Shown here: positions 11,135 to 21,605 of the stretch, piece after piece
Numbering within the stretch: the stretch's first letter is position 1
Layout: each line of letters opens with the position of its first letter
DNA from: Trypanosoma brucei
Lineage: Eukaryota
Assembly (NCBI GenBank): GCA_000002445.1
Contig: CP000066.1
Coordinates: 224,001-288,000, forward strand
Length of the DNA stretch: 64,000 bases
Direction: 5' to 3'
Notes under the pieces: model-generated
What the model was told of the DNA's origin: nothing
Seen by the model: the letters and a program-made list of their open reading frames with translations, nothing else
Database searches by the model: none
Position numbers and translations under genes: made by a program

Positions 11135-12397
11135 ATGCGTCGTACTTTTTCGCTTTTCACAACTCTCGTTAGACTAGGTCGCGGGCCGGAGAATGTGACG
11201 GAGGAGGCAAGCAACTCGCTCTTGGAAGCCCTGCAAAAGCACGGTTACTGCTACGTGCAGCATCCGTTTATACAGTGGGAGATATTAGATCAAGTTCACC
11301 GCGATAGTCGCATCTTTTTTGAGCGTTATTTGTTGGACCTCCCGGAGGAAAAGCAGAGAACGAGGAAAGAGAAGTTCTCCAAGAAACTAATAGCCCCCCG
11401 TAAGCCAATCAGGGCAATGACCCCATACGAATTAGAAAGCATTAAAACATCCTCGGGTTTCCGGGGGTATTACCGTTACATTGGCGCAGGCGGCGTGGAT
11501 GATGCGATCGAGTGCTTTTCCGTTGGCCGCGAGGTGCAGAGCCCCGTGGAATTACGGGAACCGTACTACAGATTGAGCGGTTGGCAACGCGATGAGTATT
11601 TGCCACTGATTAGCCGGAGAAATGCGTGGGATTCACTTCTAACTCACCCTAAGGATGGTAGTGGAGACCCCAATGGTGTGCACGCCTTCATGGCAGATTA
11701 TCGTGAGATGATACTGGCGTATTATGACCTTTGCAGCGAGGTCGCCCTCGATGTGCTGCGGCATATAAGTTGTGGTTTGGGCGTCAGACCCAGCATTCCA
11801 CAGGGTGGTCCTGATCCTGATAGCGGATACGATCTCGAATACTTCACACAGTTCCACAACAAACTTGACTTCGACTTACAAGCAAAGTATTATCCGAGGT
11901 TCGGACAAGGGGCTCGGACACGTGGTGGTGTAGAGGTTAAGGGAGTGCAGAGCGCCTCGAACCCCAAGGGTGTAAAAGTTCTACGTCGCAAGACAGCTCG
12001 AGGACAACCGTTGGTTAATGAAGATGAAGAAAACGCCGTGTTGCGGCTGGATTCGCACAAGGACCTCAGTACTGTCACACTCCTCGCACAGGACGCTCTC
12101 GGTGGATTGGAGGTTTGGGACAATGAGTCGGAACAGTTCAATCCGGTCCCTGTGCTGAATGATGCATTGCTTGTAAACGCGGGGTTGTTCCTTGAGAAGT
12201 GGACTGGCGGGTTGTTAGAGGCGACACCGCATCGAGTGCGGAACGTGAGAGGCGGAAGTAGTCGATGTAGTGTTGTCTTCTTCTGCTTACCTAACCATGA
12301 CGCCCGGATAGAGCCCCTACTGCAGCGAGATGAAAATCCTTCTCTTGACGCGGAAGAAGGTTTCTACGCGGGTGATCTAATGCCAGCAGCACCTTAA
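11135..12397 (+). CDS. 2-oxoglutarate/Fe(II)-dependent dioxygenase (isopenicillin-N-synthase-like fold)
   Basis: The track ORF 10964-12397 starts at GTG. The first ATG is at 11135 (MRRTFSLF...). It has an HxD...H iron-binding triad (SHKDLSTVTLL ... EATPHRV) and a C-terminal RxS-type 2OG-binding region (RCSVVFF), typical of 2OG-Fe(II) oxygenases. Confidence 0.75.
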   Translation: MRRTFSLFTTLVRLGRGPENVTEEASNSLLEALQKHGYCYVQHPFIQWEILDQVHRDSRIFFERYLLDLPEEKQRTRKEKFSKKLIAPRKPIRAMTPYELESIKTSSGFRGYYRYIGAGGVDDAIECFSVGREVQSPVELREPYYRLSGWQRDEYLPLISRRNAWDSLLTHPKDGSGDPNGVHAFMADYREMILAYYDLCSEVALDVLRHISCGLGVRPSIPQGGPDPDSGYDLEYFTQFHNKLDFDLQAKYYPRFGQGARTRGGVEVKGVQSASNPKGVKVLRRKTARGQPLVNEDEENAVLRLDSHKDLSTVTLLAQDALGGLEVWDNESEQFNPVPVLNDALLVNAGLFLEKWTGGLLEATPHRVRNVRGGSSRCSVVFFCLPNHDARIEPLLQRDENPSLDAEEGFYAGDLMPAAP

Positions 12398-13490
12398 GTA
12401 GAGGTATTGGAAGAAGGATTCCCCACTCACTTGCACATGTGAGCGCAACCTCGGGAATGAGTAGACACAACCAATCACATGCATAGATAAACAGTCGCAT
12501 GTACGTTGTGTACGTATGGCCGATTTGCCACCACACAGTTTTGACAACGGGAGTATTAACCGTGTGCCGCAGAAGGAGCGATAAAAACACACGATTCAAG
12601 AAACGAGTGGCGGAGTGATACGAAGTCACATGTGGTCCCTCGTCTTGTAGAAGGCACACAAACAAAACGGAAGAGAGAAAAAGAAAAAGGGATAGAGGCC
12701 TCTCAGCAGGTGCAGCGTTTAGATTCCAAAGTAGAAGCCAAGTAAATAAAAATAACCGAAGTAAAAAAGAGAGAAGGTAAATAAACGGAGGAGGCATAGC
12801 GGCTTCCTCGAAGTAGGTGACGTTTACACATAAATGCATATATACGTATATTGCTTCACTCACATACGTGCACATACATATGGATATATAAGCGCACACG
12901 CGTGGACATCTATTTCCTCTCGTTTCTTCTGACCACGCCCACTTCACCTTCACGCGGTTGATGCCAAACGGTGTGCAGATGACATAGACATTGGTGGACG
13001 CTGCTACCTCGTTTCTTCACTGCGAAGAGATGAGTGAAGGATGCAAAGAGGGAGTTCTATAACTCATTTAGCGGGATAATTTTGCATTATGTTTCCAACA
13101 TTCACACACACACACGCGCACGCAAACACATTTTCTTGTTTTCTCCCGTTACACTCATATATTCATTTATATCTTTATTGATATTACCGTCCACTCTTTA
13201 CAACTTTATTTCCTCCCCCTCCCCCTTCTGCGTGTTAATGTTTGTTTGACGTTGTCATACGACTTGACCCGCGTGTGACGAGTTGTTATTATTGATATTG
13301 TTATCAGTAAATGGTGGAGGTGGGGAACACTGCATGCGGGCATAATAAAGGGCGAGTGCGGCGGATTTTTTGTTTCCTTCCTTTTCACAGTTATAGAGTT
13401 TTCCTTATCCCCCTTTATTTCATCAACATCATCACCACACTTTTGGGCAGTGTAACATTCGGTGAGTAGCGGCCGTACGCGTGCCAACGT

Positions 13491-13656
13491 TTCACTTCCT
13501 TCCTTCCTCCCTTCCATTTCTTTTCTTTTTCCCTTTCCCCCTTTTTTTTCTTGTTCTCTTTGCTACTGTTGTCATTTCTCCTTTCCCCTATTTCATTTGC
13601 TGTTTCTTTCGGTTTTTTTTTCCAATTTCATATCTTTTTTATTTGCAATTGTAAGG
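13491..13656 (+). promoter_or_regulatory. Long polypyrimidine (CT-rich) tract, a trans-splicing/polyadenylation signal region upstream of the Sec61 gamma gene
   Basis: About 165 nt of almost pure C/T on the coding strand (ttccttccttcctcccttccatttcttttctttttcc...). Established kinetoplastid intergenic architecture. Confidence 0.55.
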
Positions 13657-13828
13657 AAGTTTTCAGCAAAGCAGACTAAACCACAGCCGAGGAGCCCAAC
13701 CATAGTCACCTCAGCTTACCATTTTTTTTTTGTTTACTTCTTGGTTACTACTGTTTCAACTGTGCGTCCACCGCCACCCAAGTTTCAGGAAGTGATATCA
13801 CGCCGAGGATAATAATAATAAGGTGGCA

Positions 13829-14038
13829 ATGGATTTCCTGGATGAAACCGTGATCCACCCCATGACTGCCTTTGCGCGCAACAGCCGCATGCTTGTGCGT
13901 AAATGCCAGAAGCCAAATTACAGCGAGTTCAACGCCTCAGCCATGGCCACACTCGTGGGGTTTGTGGTGATGGGCCTTTTAGGCTTCTTCGTTAAGGTTG
14001 TTTTCATTCCAATTAATAATGTTGTACTCGGCGCTTGA
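13829..14038 (+). CDS. SEC61G: Sec61 gamma / SecE-like translocon subunit (69 aa)
   Basis: MDFLDETVIHPMTAFARNSRMLVRKCQKPNYSEFNASAMATLVGFVVMGLLGFFVKVVFIPINNVVLGA follows the Sec61gamma/SSS1 signature (…R-L-x-K/R-C-x-KPD/N-x-x-EF … A-x-G-F-x-x-MG-x-I/L-GFFVKL/V-x-x-IPINN-x-x-G) closely. The track start at 13823 is GTG; the ATG is at 13829. Confidence 0.85.
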   Translation: MDFLDETVIHPMTAFARNSRMLVRKCQKPNYSEFNASAMATLVGFVVMGLLGFFVKVVFIPINNVVLGA

Positions 14039-14698
14039 GCAGCATCTGGCGGGTCAAATTACAGAAACACCGCAGGCGGACGGACATATTTTGTTATGGC
14101 GTTACCTGTCAGGTACCATCACCTTATGGAGTAACTCCACCAGATGCACCCTTCCTCTTTCTTCATTTGATTGGTTGTTGTTTTTCTTTTTTTTTCATAT
14201 TTAAATATATTGTCGTTTTATTGTTTCATTTTGAAGGGTGCTGTCATTAAGGAATTGCTGCTGGGAAAGAAGTAGAAAAAGACAAAAAAATGAACAGAAG
14301 GGATGTGCCGAATAAAAGCTGTAGAATGGAGAAGTGATACTATGAGGTTTCTCGTTGTTTTTTTTTCTAAATTCCGTCATATGAAATAAGAGATTGCGGC
14401 AATGCGTGTCGCGGGTTGCTCCAGCACACACTTGAAGGTGCGTTAGCATGTGCACCCCCTCCCCCTCTATACGGAAACAGTAAGCAATTAAGCAACAAAA
14501 AAAAGAAGAAAAGATGAAACACATCTGAGGAAAAGCAGCAGAAAAAGGGGAAAAATATTAGCTGCAAGTTAACTCCACGTTGCTGGTGCCCGGTTTACCT
14601 TGTCTCATTTTTCAGAGTTACGACTGCGTGCTGCAGTTTAAAATATCCCGTTATTCACTCAGTGATTATCCCCTCCCACACACACCCTGGAGGCACTG

Positions 14699-14792
14699 CT
14701 CATTTCTATTTGTCTCCTTGATGTTATTTTCATCTCTCATTCATTTACATCACTTCACTTCACTTTTCTTTTCTTTTTTTCTTTTTCCTTCG
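14699..14792 (+). promoter_or_regulatory. Polypyrimidine tract upstream of the dehydrogenase gene
   Basis: CT-rich run (ctcatttctatttgtctccttg...cttttcttttctttttttctttttccttcg) about 190 nt upstream of the ATG. Confidence 0.5.
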
Positions 14793-14984
14793 AAATATAA
14801 TTGGCGACAAAGGGAGGGTGCGAAGCAGCCGCACACACACGCAGAAGCACAAGGTGAGGGGTGGGGAAGGGAATCATTTGGAGGTTTGTTGTTTCCTCTG
14901 CTACCCGGGTCTTATTGCCCCAATTGTGCCAAGAACAACAGTAGCAGTTTCAGAAACCTGCGCCGTTAACACGAAGTGTGAAAC

Positions 14985-16097
14985 ATGTCGGCCATTAAAC
15001 GCTCCCTTAACGTTGGTGTAGTGGGCATGGGTAACATGGGAGTTCCCATTGCACGCAATCTTGGCTTCAAAGCACGCAGTGCCATGTATTTACAGATCCA
15101 TAGCAGGGCACTCAGTAAAGCGAAGCGAGTGTGCGACGATCTTTCGGTTGATGGGGCAACTTGTGCTATGCGCATCCACGACCGCTATTCCACGATGACA
15201 AAATGGTGTGACGTGATTGTGCTTGCCCTAGCTGATGTTAAGGCATCGCGACACGCACTACTAGAAGATAATGAGTCACTTATCATGAACGCGCGCAAAG
15301 GTCAAATCATTGTGGATCACACCACTGTGGATGCCGAAACCTCGCGTGAATGCGCGCACGAAGCGGCTCGCCGGGGTGCTTACTTTCTCGATGCACCAAT
15401 GAGTGGGAGCCCACGTGCTTGCTTCAATGGACAACTGCTGCTGATGGTTGGTGGTGACGCAGAGACCTTTCAGAAGATGCTGCCGATATTTCACATGTAC
15501 GCTGATAACGTGTTTCATATGGGCGAGAGTGGTAGCGGGACCGCGGCGAAGATGATATCGCAAGCCCTCGTGGCCTCGCACAACGCAGCAGCAGCCGAGG
15601 CTCTTTCAATGGCCCATGCCCTCGGCATCGAAGACCAAAGCAAACTTGTGCAGGTTCTTGATGCCTCATGGGGAAGCAGCACAATGCTGCGCCGAAACGC
15701 CCCACTATTGCAGGACCTCATACGTAACCCAGATAAAACCCCCCCTACGTCTGCCGTTAGTGTTGATCGGCTGTTGTCTGACCTCGCCCATTTGGATGCC
15801 TCGCTGCCTAAGCGCGGTGGGGAGGATGAACCGTTTCCGGTTTTCGATGCCGCGCTCCGCTCGCTGGCCGCTGCATCCGATGCAGGTATGGGTGACCGGG
15901 ACCTTGCTTCAGTTGTGCATTACATCGAGGCGGGAGAGGCGGAATTGCGAAACCGAACGCGTGTACCGTTGGGTGGTGAGCATTTGACAGGTCGAACTGC
16001 GGCGACTGAGGCCAACTCAAGCGTCAATGAAACCCCTTCGACCGTCAATGGTTCTTCTGAAGTCCCCAATGAATTTGGGGTGGAGGACTTTTACTAG
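14985..16097 (+). CDS. NAD(P)-binding 3-hydroxyisobutyrate dehydrogenase / beta-hydroxyacid dehydrogenase family protein
   Basis: N-terminal Rossmann motif VGVVGMGNMGVPIARNL. Conserved HIBADH-family blocks follow: ...DAPMSGSP..., ...HMGESGSGTAAKMISQAL..., with a C-terminal 6-phosphogluconate-dehydrogenase-like helical domain. Confidence 0.8.
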   Translation: MSAIKRSLNVGVVGMGNMGVPIARNLGFKARSAMYLQIHSRALSKAKRVCDDLSVDGATCAMRIHDRYSTMTKWCDVIVLALADVKASRHALLEDNESLIMNARKGQIIVDHTTVDAETSRECAHEAARRGAYFLDAPMSGSPRACFNGQLLLMVGGDAETFQKMLPIFHMYADNVFHMGESGSGTAAKMISQALVASHNAAAAEALSMAHALGIEDQSKLVQVLDASWGSSTMLRRNAPLLQDLIRNPDKTPPTSAVSVDRLLSDLAHLDASLPKRGGEDEPFPVFDAALRSLAAASDAGMGDRDLASVVHYIEAGEAELRNRTRVPLGGEHLTGRTAATEANSSVNETPSTVNGSSEVPNEFGVEDFY

Positions 16098-16543
16098 TAA
16101 TACCCACATCAGGGAGATGCAGTCTTTCTCACTTCCTTGGAGGGTACTAAAAGTTACGGTTGTTCACAGTTTTTCGTAGGTTGTTGTTTTTGTGTAACGT
16201 GCTGCCGCAGCGTGCTTTACCTGTTGAATTTTTTTAACACCGACTTGTGTGACCCCTCCCCCGTTCCCAATCTATTCACTGCTTTTCACTGGGTGCCCCA
16301 CTTCTCGAACTGCCCCCTTTTCTTCTTTTGACGGTATCACATTCTGGTGGTCTGAAGGCAGAAAGGTATATAAAAACTAATTGAAGGAAAAGAACAAAAC
16401 GAAGTGAAGAAGAACTTTAATAGTTGTAGTACCAGGTTAGGTTAGTATATAGGCTGCGACACAGTCGTTCTATAGAGGTTTATCTTCTTGAAGGTTCTTT
16501 CCTGTTCCGTCCAGCAGCTCACGCACCTAACAACCACTTACTG

Positions 16544-18646
16544 ATGAATAGCGAAGAAGGCCGGCACCACACCCTCTCCTCGTTCCTTGCGAGTACCCTC
16601 GAGTCACATGTTCGCTCCATACGACAGGAGGCGCTGACTGTTTGCATCAACCATGCACAGTGTGAGCTGTTGTCTCGTCGGCTTCAGCAGGTGTATAACA
16701 CTTTACGTAAGTTACCTAATGGGGCGCCCACACCTCAGCTACTAACGGTTTTTGCATCAGCTGACATGCTTGTGCAGCGCATGCGGCATGGTGGCTGGTT
16801 GCTCCTTTTGGAGCGGCACCTCACATGTCGGGCGCTGTTTGCGGCATTGTTTGAACGGATTCCGTGTGTGTGGCAGTTGCAGATGACAGATTCATGGCTT
16901 GGGGAGGATCTGTTGGCTGTGCGTGCGGATGAGCAAGTGGATGCACGTGTGTACCTTGAAAAGTTGGGTGGATGGGCGGATGTGGAATCAAGGATGGACA
17001 GGGCACGTGGATCTTTCGATTCCTCGTCGGGTGAGGAAAGTGATACAGGGGAGACTAGAGGAGGTGCCCCTCCCGACGCCTTGACAGAGCAAGATGTTAT
17101 CGATATGTTTCGGAGGCAAACGCTTAGCAGGTGGCGAGTACCACTGGAGGACCTCACACCCCCTGGGGAGGATGTGCCGCCGCCGCCTTATGCCGATTCG
17201 GAGCTTCATGTGTTTTCTCTCTATAATGGGTATCGCTATGGAAAAACACCAGTTTTGCTTTACCAGTTGGAACAGACGGCGAAACGCACCATTCCACCGA
17301 CAACAGTGACGAACTTCGTGCAGGACATGGTTGCACGAGCACGCTGGTGCCATCCGAATCTTGTCCCCTTCACCGGTGCCTTCACGGAAAAGGTGCCATT
17401 TTTGTGCCAACCGGACGATGACAACGACTGTGATCCAGATGTTGATACTAGCAGCCAGTTCAGTGGCGAAAACAGTAGTCGATCTCAGTCAGCCAATGGT
17501 TGTGGTGCTACTGAGGAAGACGTGACTGCAGCCGATGATGGTGGTGTTGACCCTTCCTCAGCCCCTGTTTTGGACCTCGGATACATGATAGAGGACATGA
17601 AATATCTTAAGGCTGAGTTATTGAATGAGGAAAGCCCCTACCTAACCTCGTACGTTGTCCGAGAAGTGGACAACTATATTGGCAACGAAACGTTTAAAAC
17701 TCTTCACGAAGTTCTTTTCGTGGAGCGGAGGCCCTTTACGGTCAGGGAAGCCATTGCTATTACACTGCAGGTTGCCGATGCTCTTCAATATATACTGATG
17801 GAAGAGGGGAATATGCCTGAAGAAGTACTTGATGCATGGACAGTGGTGTCACCCTCAAATATTTATGTGTGCCCCATAACGGTGCCAAGAAGAAGCCAAC
17901 ATGAATGTTGCCACGAACCCGGAGAATTTGGGGGGAGCGCATGGCCAACATGTGACGACGGCTACGGAGATATTCAAGAGGAATATGACCACGACATGGT
18001 AGCACCACCATTTTGTGGTAGTAGTGTGCAGCAACGCCGTTGCGTTGAGCTCTTTGCTCCTGGTGGCTGGGCGGCGATGTATAACCCTCCGGTGTATGTG
18101 GACGGAGGGCCATATAGCAGGTGGCGACCTCACCCACATGCAAGCTGTCGCCCAACTTACGCGATGGCACAACTTTTGTTAGCTTTAGTGAATAATGAAC
18201 CACCTTATCGCTTGCTCACAAAGCAGGAAGAACTTGCGAGGCATGTCTTCGAGGCAGATAACATGAATGACGACGACAACGTCTCGGTTTCGGTTAGAGT
18301 AAGCATACCGGTTGGTAGCATTGTGCCACGGAGGTTGCCCGTCGCCTTGAGGAAACTTTGCAGCCATGCAATGCATTTGCGGGACCCCCACCGACGTGGA
18401 GAGGCTTGGGATGGATTGTCACTCTCCGACTTCAGGAATCAGTTATGGGAATCATATATTAGTCTCTCTAATTCAATGGATACCGCTGGCATGCTTCCAG
18501 GCATGGACGATGATGCTCAAGCGACCGTAGTTCCAGTTGGCGAGCGCGTGGAAATGGGTTTCAGTAGGGAATCTTCGGTAACACGGGAGAGAGCTCCGGG
18601 CCCCACTCTGGATGATTACGGTGAGTTCCCTAGTAGGGAGTCATAA
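16544..18646 (+). CDS. Protein-kinase-like protein, probably a pseudokinase (700 aa)
   Basis: Central region has a kinase-fold-like pattern (…ARWCHPNLVPFTGAFTE…, …REAIAITLQVADALQYIL…, …SPSNIYVCP…, …YAMAQLLLALVNNEPPY…). It lacks canonical HRD/DFG catalytic motifs. Flanked by low-complexity acidic/Ser-rich segments. Confidence 0.5.
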   Translation: MNSEEGRHHTLSSFLASTLESHVRSIRQEALTVCINHAQCELLSRRLQQVYNTLRKLPNGAPTPQLLTVFASADMLVQRMRHGGWLLLLERHLTCRALFAALFERIPCVWQLQMTDSWLGEDLLAVRADEQVDARVYLEKLGGWADVESRMDRARGSFDSSSGEESDTGETRGGAPPDALTEQDVIDMFRRQTLSRWRVPLEDLTPPGEDVPPPPYADSELHVFSLYNGYRYGKTPVLLYQLEQTAKRTIPPTTVTNFVQDMVARARWCHPNLVPFTGAFTEKVPFLCQPDDDNDCDPDVDTSSQFSGENSSRSQSANGCGATEEDVTAADDGGVDPSSAPVLDLGYMIEDMKYLKAELLNEESPYLTSYVVREVDNYIGNETFKTLHEVLFVERRPFTVREAIAITLQVADALQYILMEEGNMPEEVLDAWTVVSPSNIYVCPITVPRRSQHECCHEPGEFGGSAWPTCDDGYGDIQEEYDHDMVAPPFCGSSVQQRRCVELFAPGGWAAMYNPPVYVDGGPYSRWRPHPHASCRPTYAMAQLLLALVNNEPPYRLLTKQEELARHVFEADNMNDDDNVSVSVRVSIPVGSIVPRRLPVALRKLCSHAMHLRDPHRRGEAWDGLSLSDFRNQLWESYISLSNSMDTAGMLPGMDDDAQATVVPVGERVEMGFSRESSVTRERAPGPTLDDYGEFPSRES

Positions 18647-18690
18647 TGATTTTGTTGCCACCAAGGTTGGTGTACATAAACGTATATACA

Positions 18691-18712
18691 TTATATATAT
18701 ATATATATATAA
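18691..18712. repeat. (TA)n microsatellite
   Basis: Run of tatatatatatatatatata directly downstream of the 16544-18646 gene. Confidence 0.9.
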
Positions 18713-19060
18713 CAAAACGGAAAGGAAAGGAATGTTGAATCTCCTGTAGCTCAGGGGAATGGAGAGAGAGTAAAATTCAAAAAAAAAGTACTAATAGAGA
18801 AAGACGCGAGTTCCCACCACGTGAGAAAAGGGGGCATTTTTGTTTTCTTGCTCTTCACCTCCTTTACTTTTCCCACAGATGCTCGTTCTTTTTATTTGTG
18901 CCATTATAATTGCATCTGCTGAGTTACCGGCTCATTGCTCTTTCATGTTCCTTCTTTTCCTTTAGTGGCACACCACGCACTTGATTTGCTATCGGATACG
19001 CATGCTTATTTTGTTTTGCTACTTCCCCCTCCCATCCCACTCCGAGAAGCGCGTGTTCAT

Positions 19061-19230
19061 TTCTTTTTTTTTTTTGAGACTTACTTCACTATTTACCTTT
19101 TCGCAGGGACTATTTCTTTGTTATTCCCTTCTTAATTTAATCATTAACTTCTTGCTTCTTTTTCTTTTTTTTCCTTTCATGTGTTCCTTGCGTTTCCTTT
19201 TTGTAGTTTTGTATGCTTTTTTGAAGGGTC
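19061..19230 (+). promoter_or_regulatory. Polypyrimidine-rich tract upstream of the 19247 gene
   Basis: T/C-rich sequence (tttctttttttttttgagacttacttcactatttaccttttcgcag...ttcttgcttctttttcttttttttcctttc) with AG dinucleotides before the ATG. Confidence 0.5.
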
Positions 19231-19246
19231 AGGAAGGAGGGGGGAA

Positions 19247-20818
19247 ATGGATCGATCACCTTCGCAACGGACAACGACGGACCGACCGGATCGTATTTCC
19301 TCTTCAAGCGATTCATCAGCTTTTGGTAGTGATGTTGATGAAATAATAAATAGATTTTCCGACCATAGTAGAGAATATATGGGCGATGCCTTCACAAAAT
19401 ATGCAACTGGATCAAATAGTTGCATTTCCCCGAGGACGGCAGGAGGGGACTCAAATTATGGAAGTCCCCCTCCGAACAGTAAAGCACCCGCCATGCCTTC
19501 GTATCGTACAGAAACTGCGGTGATACCTCCAAGCACGCCAAGGGTCAAGGGGGCATGTCATGACAATGATGTAAAGGAGGTTGAACCACCGACAGCAACC
19601 CAACAACTTCAGAAAGTGCGTCAAATGTTTCGTCGTCTCGATTCTCATAACGATGGTATGGAGGAGGCCCTTATTGGTTTGCGCTCACGTATAGATACAT
19701 TTCGGTCACTTTTGGCAACGTGCCTTAACGGGACTGTGAAGGAGCTGCGCGGTGAGTTGCGCATTCTTCGGGAGTCAACGCAGTTCCTTGTGCAAGATTT
19801 TGCCGGGGATTTGGAACAGTGCAGGAGGATTATAATGAGGCGCCTTCAAGGGGAGGCAAATAGACGTGGGTATGATCCTCCAGCTACGAGATCGTTCAAA
19901 AAGGATTATTCCATGGAAGGCGGCTTATCAAAGCGCGAGTCGTCATGGGAACTGCAGCAGCAGTGCGGTGCTGGGAGAGGCGAACAATCCGTTTTTCCCG
20001 GATGGAGGGAGTTAGAGGTTCGAGAAGACTTGTTGGAGGCTCAGCAGCGATGCACTGCTCTGGAGAAGAAGTTGAAGCAGCAGCGTGAGGCTCATGAAAA
20101 TCATTTGAGTGCCATGAAGGATATGTATGAGTCGAAGGAGTACACATTAAAACGGCGAGTGGAACTACTGGAACGACTTGTAGAACGTGATAGCGAAAAG
20201 CTTCGTTATATTCTCAGCGATGATAGTAAAGATGGCCATGGGAAATGGGGGAAGAGGGGCCATTTTAAGGAGGAACAGGACAACTATTATAGCAGTGGGG
20301 ATGATGACTGTGATGAAGTTCGGGAGTCCAGCAGGTTGCACACAAGAAGTAAACAATCGCTCAAAGCTCCAGCTCAAAAGTTGTTGAAAAAGCGCCGTGG
20401 TGGATTAGTAAAGGAACACGAGTCGCACCAAAGTCAGCACCCTCGTCAGGGGCCATCGGATTCGTGGACACCGATGCTTTACGATGACGTGGAGCGCCGA
20501 GTTCGTGCGCAGCTTTTGTATGGTCGACAAAACTCACCCAATCGCCCCAAAGGAGGGGGAAGCGGCCGTGACGTCGGAGGTCCTCAAAAGGGTGGGGAAT
20601 GCAGAAACCGTTTGGAGGAGCGCAGGCTGGAAAATGTGGCGCGGCGTCTTCTCAATGCGGTGGGTGAAGCAAAAGCAAAACAGAAGTGGCCTCAAGCTGA
20701 TGATGAGGCGGACCACCGGCGTGTGGGCCCATGGCGCACTTCAAACGATGTGTCAACGGTGGCGCGTGGTTTGTGGGCTGAAAATGTACTGCAAAAGAGG
20801 GCGGCGCGTCAACTTTGA
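19247..20818 (+). CDS. Hypothetical coiled-coil protein (first ATG of the 19181 GTG-ORF)
   Basis: Long + strand ORF: MDRSPSQRTTTDRPDRISSSSDSS... with heptad-rich central region (LEAQQRCTALEKKLKQQREAHENHLSAMKDMYESKEYTLKRRVELLERLVE) and a basic C-terminus. No catalytic domain recognised. Confidence 0.5.
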   Translation: MDRSPSQRTTTDRPDRISSSSDSSAFGSDVDEIINRFSDHSREYMGDAFTKYATGSNSCISPRTAGGDSNYGSPPPNSKAPAMPSYRTETAVIPPSTPRVKGACHDNDVKEVEPPTATQQLQKVRQMFRRLDSHNDGMEEALIGLRSRIDTFRSLLATCLNGTVKELRGELRILRESTQFLVQDFAGDLEQCRRIIMRRLQGEANRRGYDPPATRSFKKDYSMEGGLSKRESSWELQQQCGAGRGEQSVFPGWRELEVREDLLEAQQRCTALEKKLKQQREAHENHLSAMKDMYESKEYTLKRRVELLERLVERDSEKLRYILSDDSKDGHGKWGKRGHFKEEQDNYYSSGDDDCDEVRESSRLHTRSKQSLKAPAQKLLKKRRGGLVKEHESHQSQHPRQGPSDSWTPMLYDDVERRVRAQLLYGRQNSPNRPKGGGSGRDVGGPQKGGECRNRLEERRLENVARRLLNAVGEAKAKQKWPQADDEADHRRVGPWRTSNDVSTVARGLWAENVLQKRAARQL

Positions 20819-21605
20819 GGGGCGACAAAAATGGATGCGGTTTGCGGGTGAAGTTAACCATTGTGGGATGTAACGGATTTGATACATCCATAGAGGGATC
20901 GTAAATGTGCATTTTCGTAGGTGAGCGCAAAGGAATGCGTGTTTTGTGAATTTGAGATGACTAGTCTAATATTTATCGTCATGCTTCGTGTGCACTGAGC
21001 CGGTACAGTGCACACTTCAAAGGAACTAGATTTAATGATCAACCATTAGAATAAGAGTTGCAGTTGGTGCACAAAAAAAAAAAAAGAGTTCCCTACTCAA
21101 TGGGAAACAGGTATTAAGTACTCATAAATGAACTAGGGGGATCAGTGCGTCCACTGGTCAGTGCTGCAATACACATATATATATATAGAGAGAGAGAAAA
21201 AACACTTTTCTTTGGGTTGGGTAACGTATACGTGCATTACTCTCTTTTTTTTTTATTGCCTCATTTCTATACTTATCACTTTTGGTCTATTATATTTATT
21301 TTGCGTCTCTGTCGTTAATTTCACATGTGTTGACCTGCCAAGCCCTAGAGATGGGTATGAGTGTCTTCTCGGGCCTCATGGCGACGTCCCACTATGCTAC
21401 CCAATCGCTTCTCACTCCTTTTTGTTGCCTCCTCCTTTTTTTTCATATTGTTTACATATACGTGCAAAAAAAAAAAAAAAGAGAAAAAAAGCGAGCATTG
21501 ACACGGACAGTGTGGTGATAGTGGGTGTAATCATAAACTGGTGTGTGTTTGTTCACACCAGCATCTGTACATCAGCAACTGAGTGGAGCTTTTTTGTAAC
21601 AGCGG

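Noticed and set aside
12291-12953. 220-aa minus-strand ORF downstream of the oxygenase gene
   Set aside because: Translation is low-complexity (Leu/Phe/Cys-rich) and derives from the antisense of a purine-rich intergenic region. It has no start context and is on the wrong strand for the cluster.
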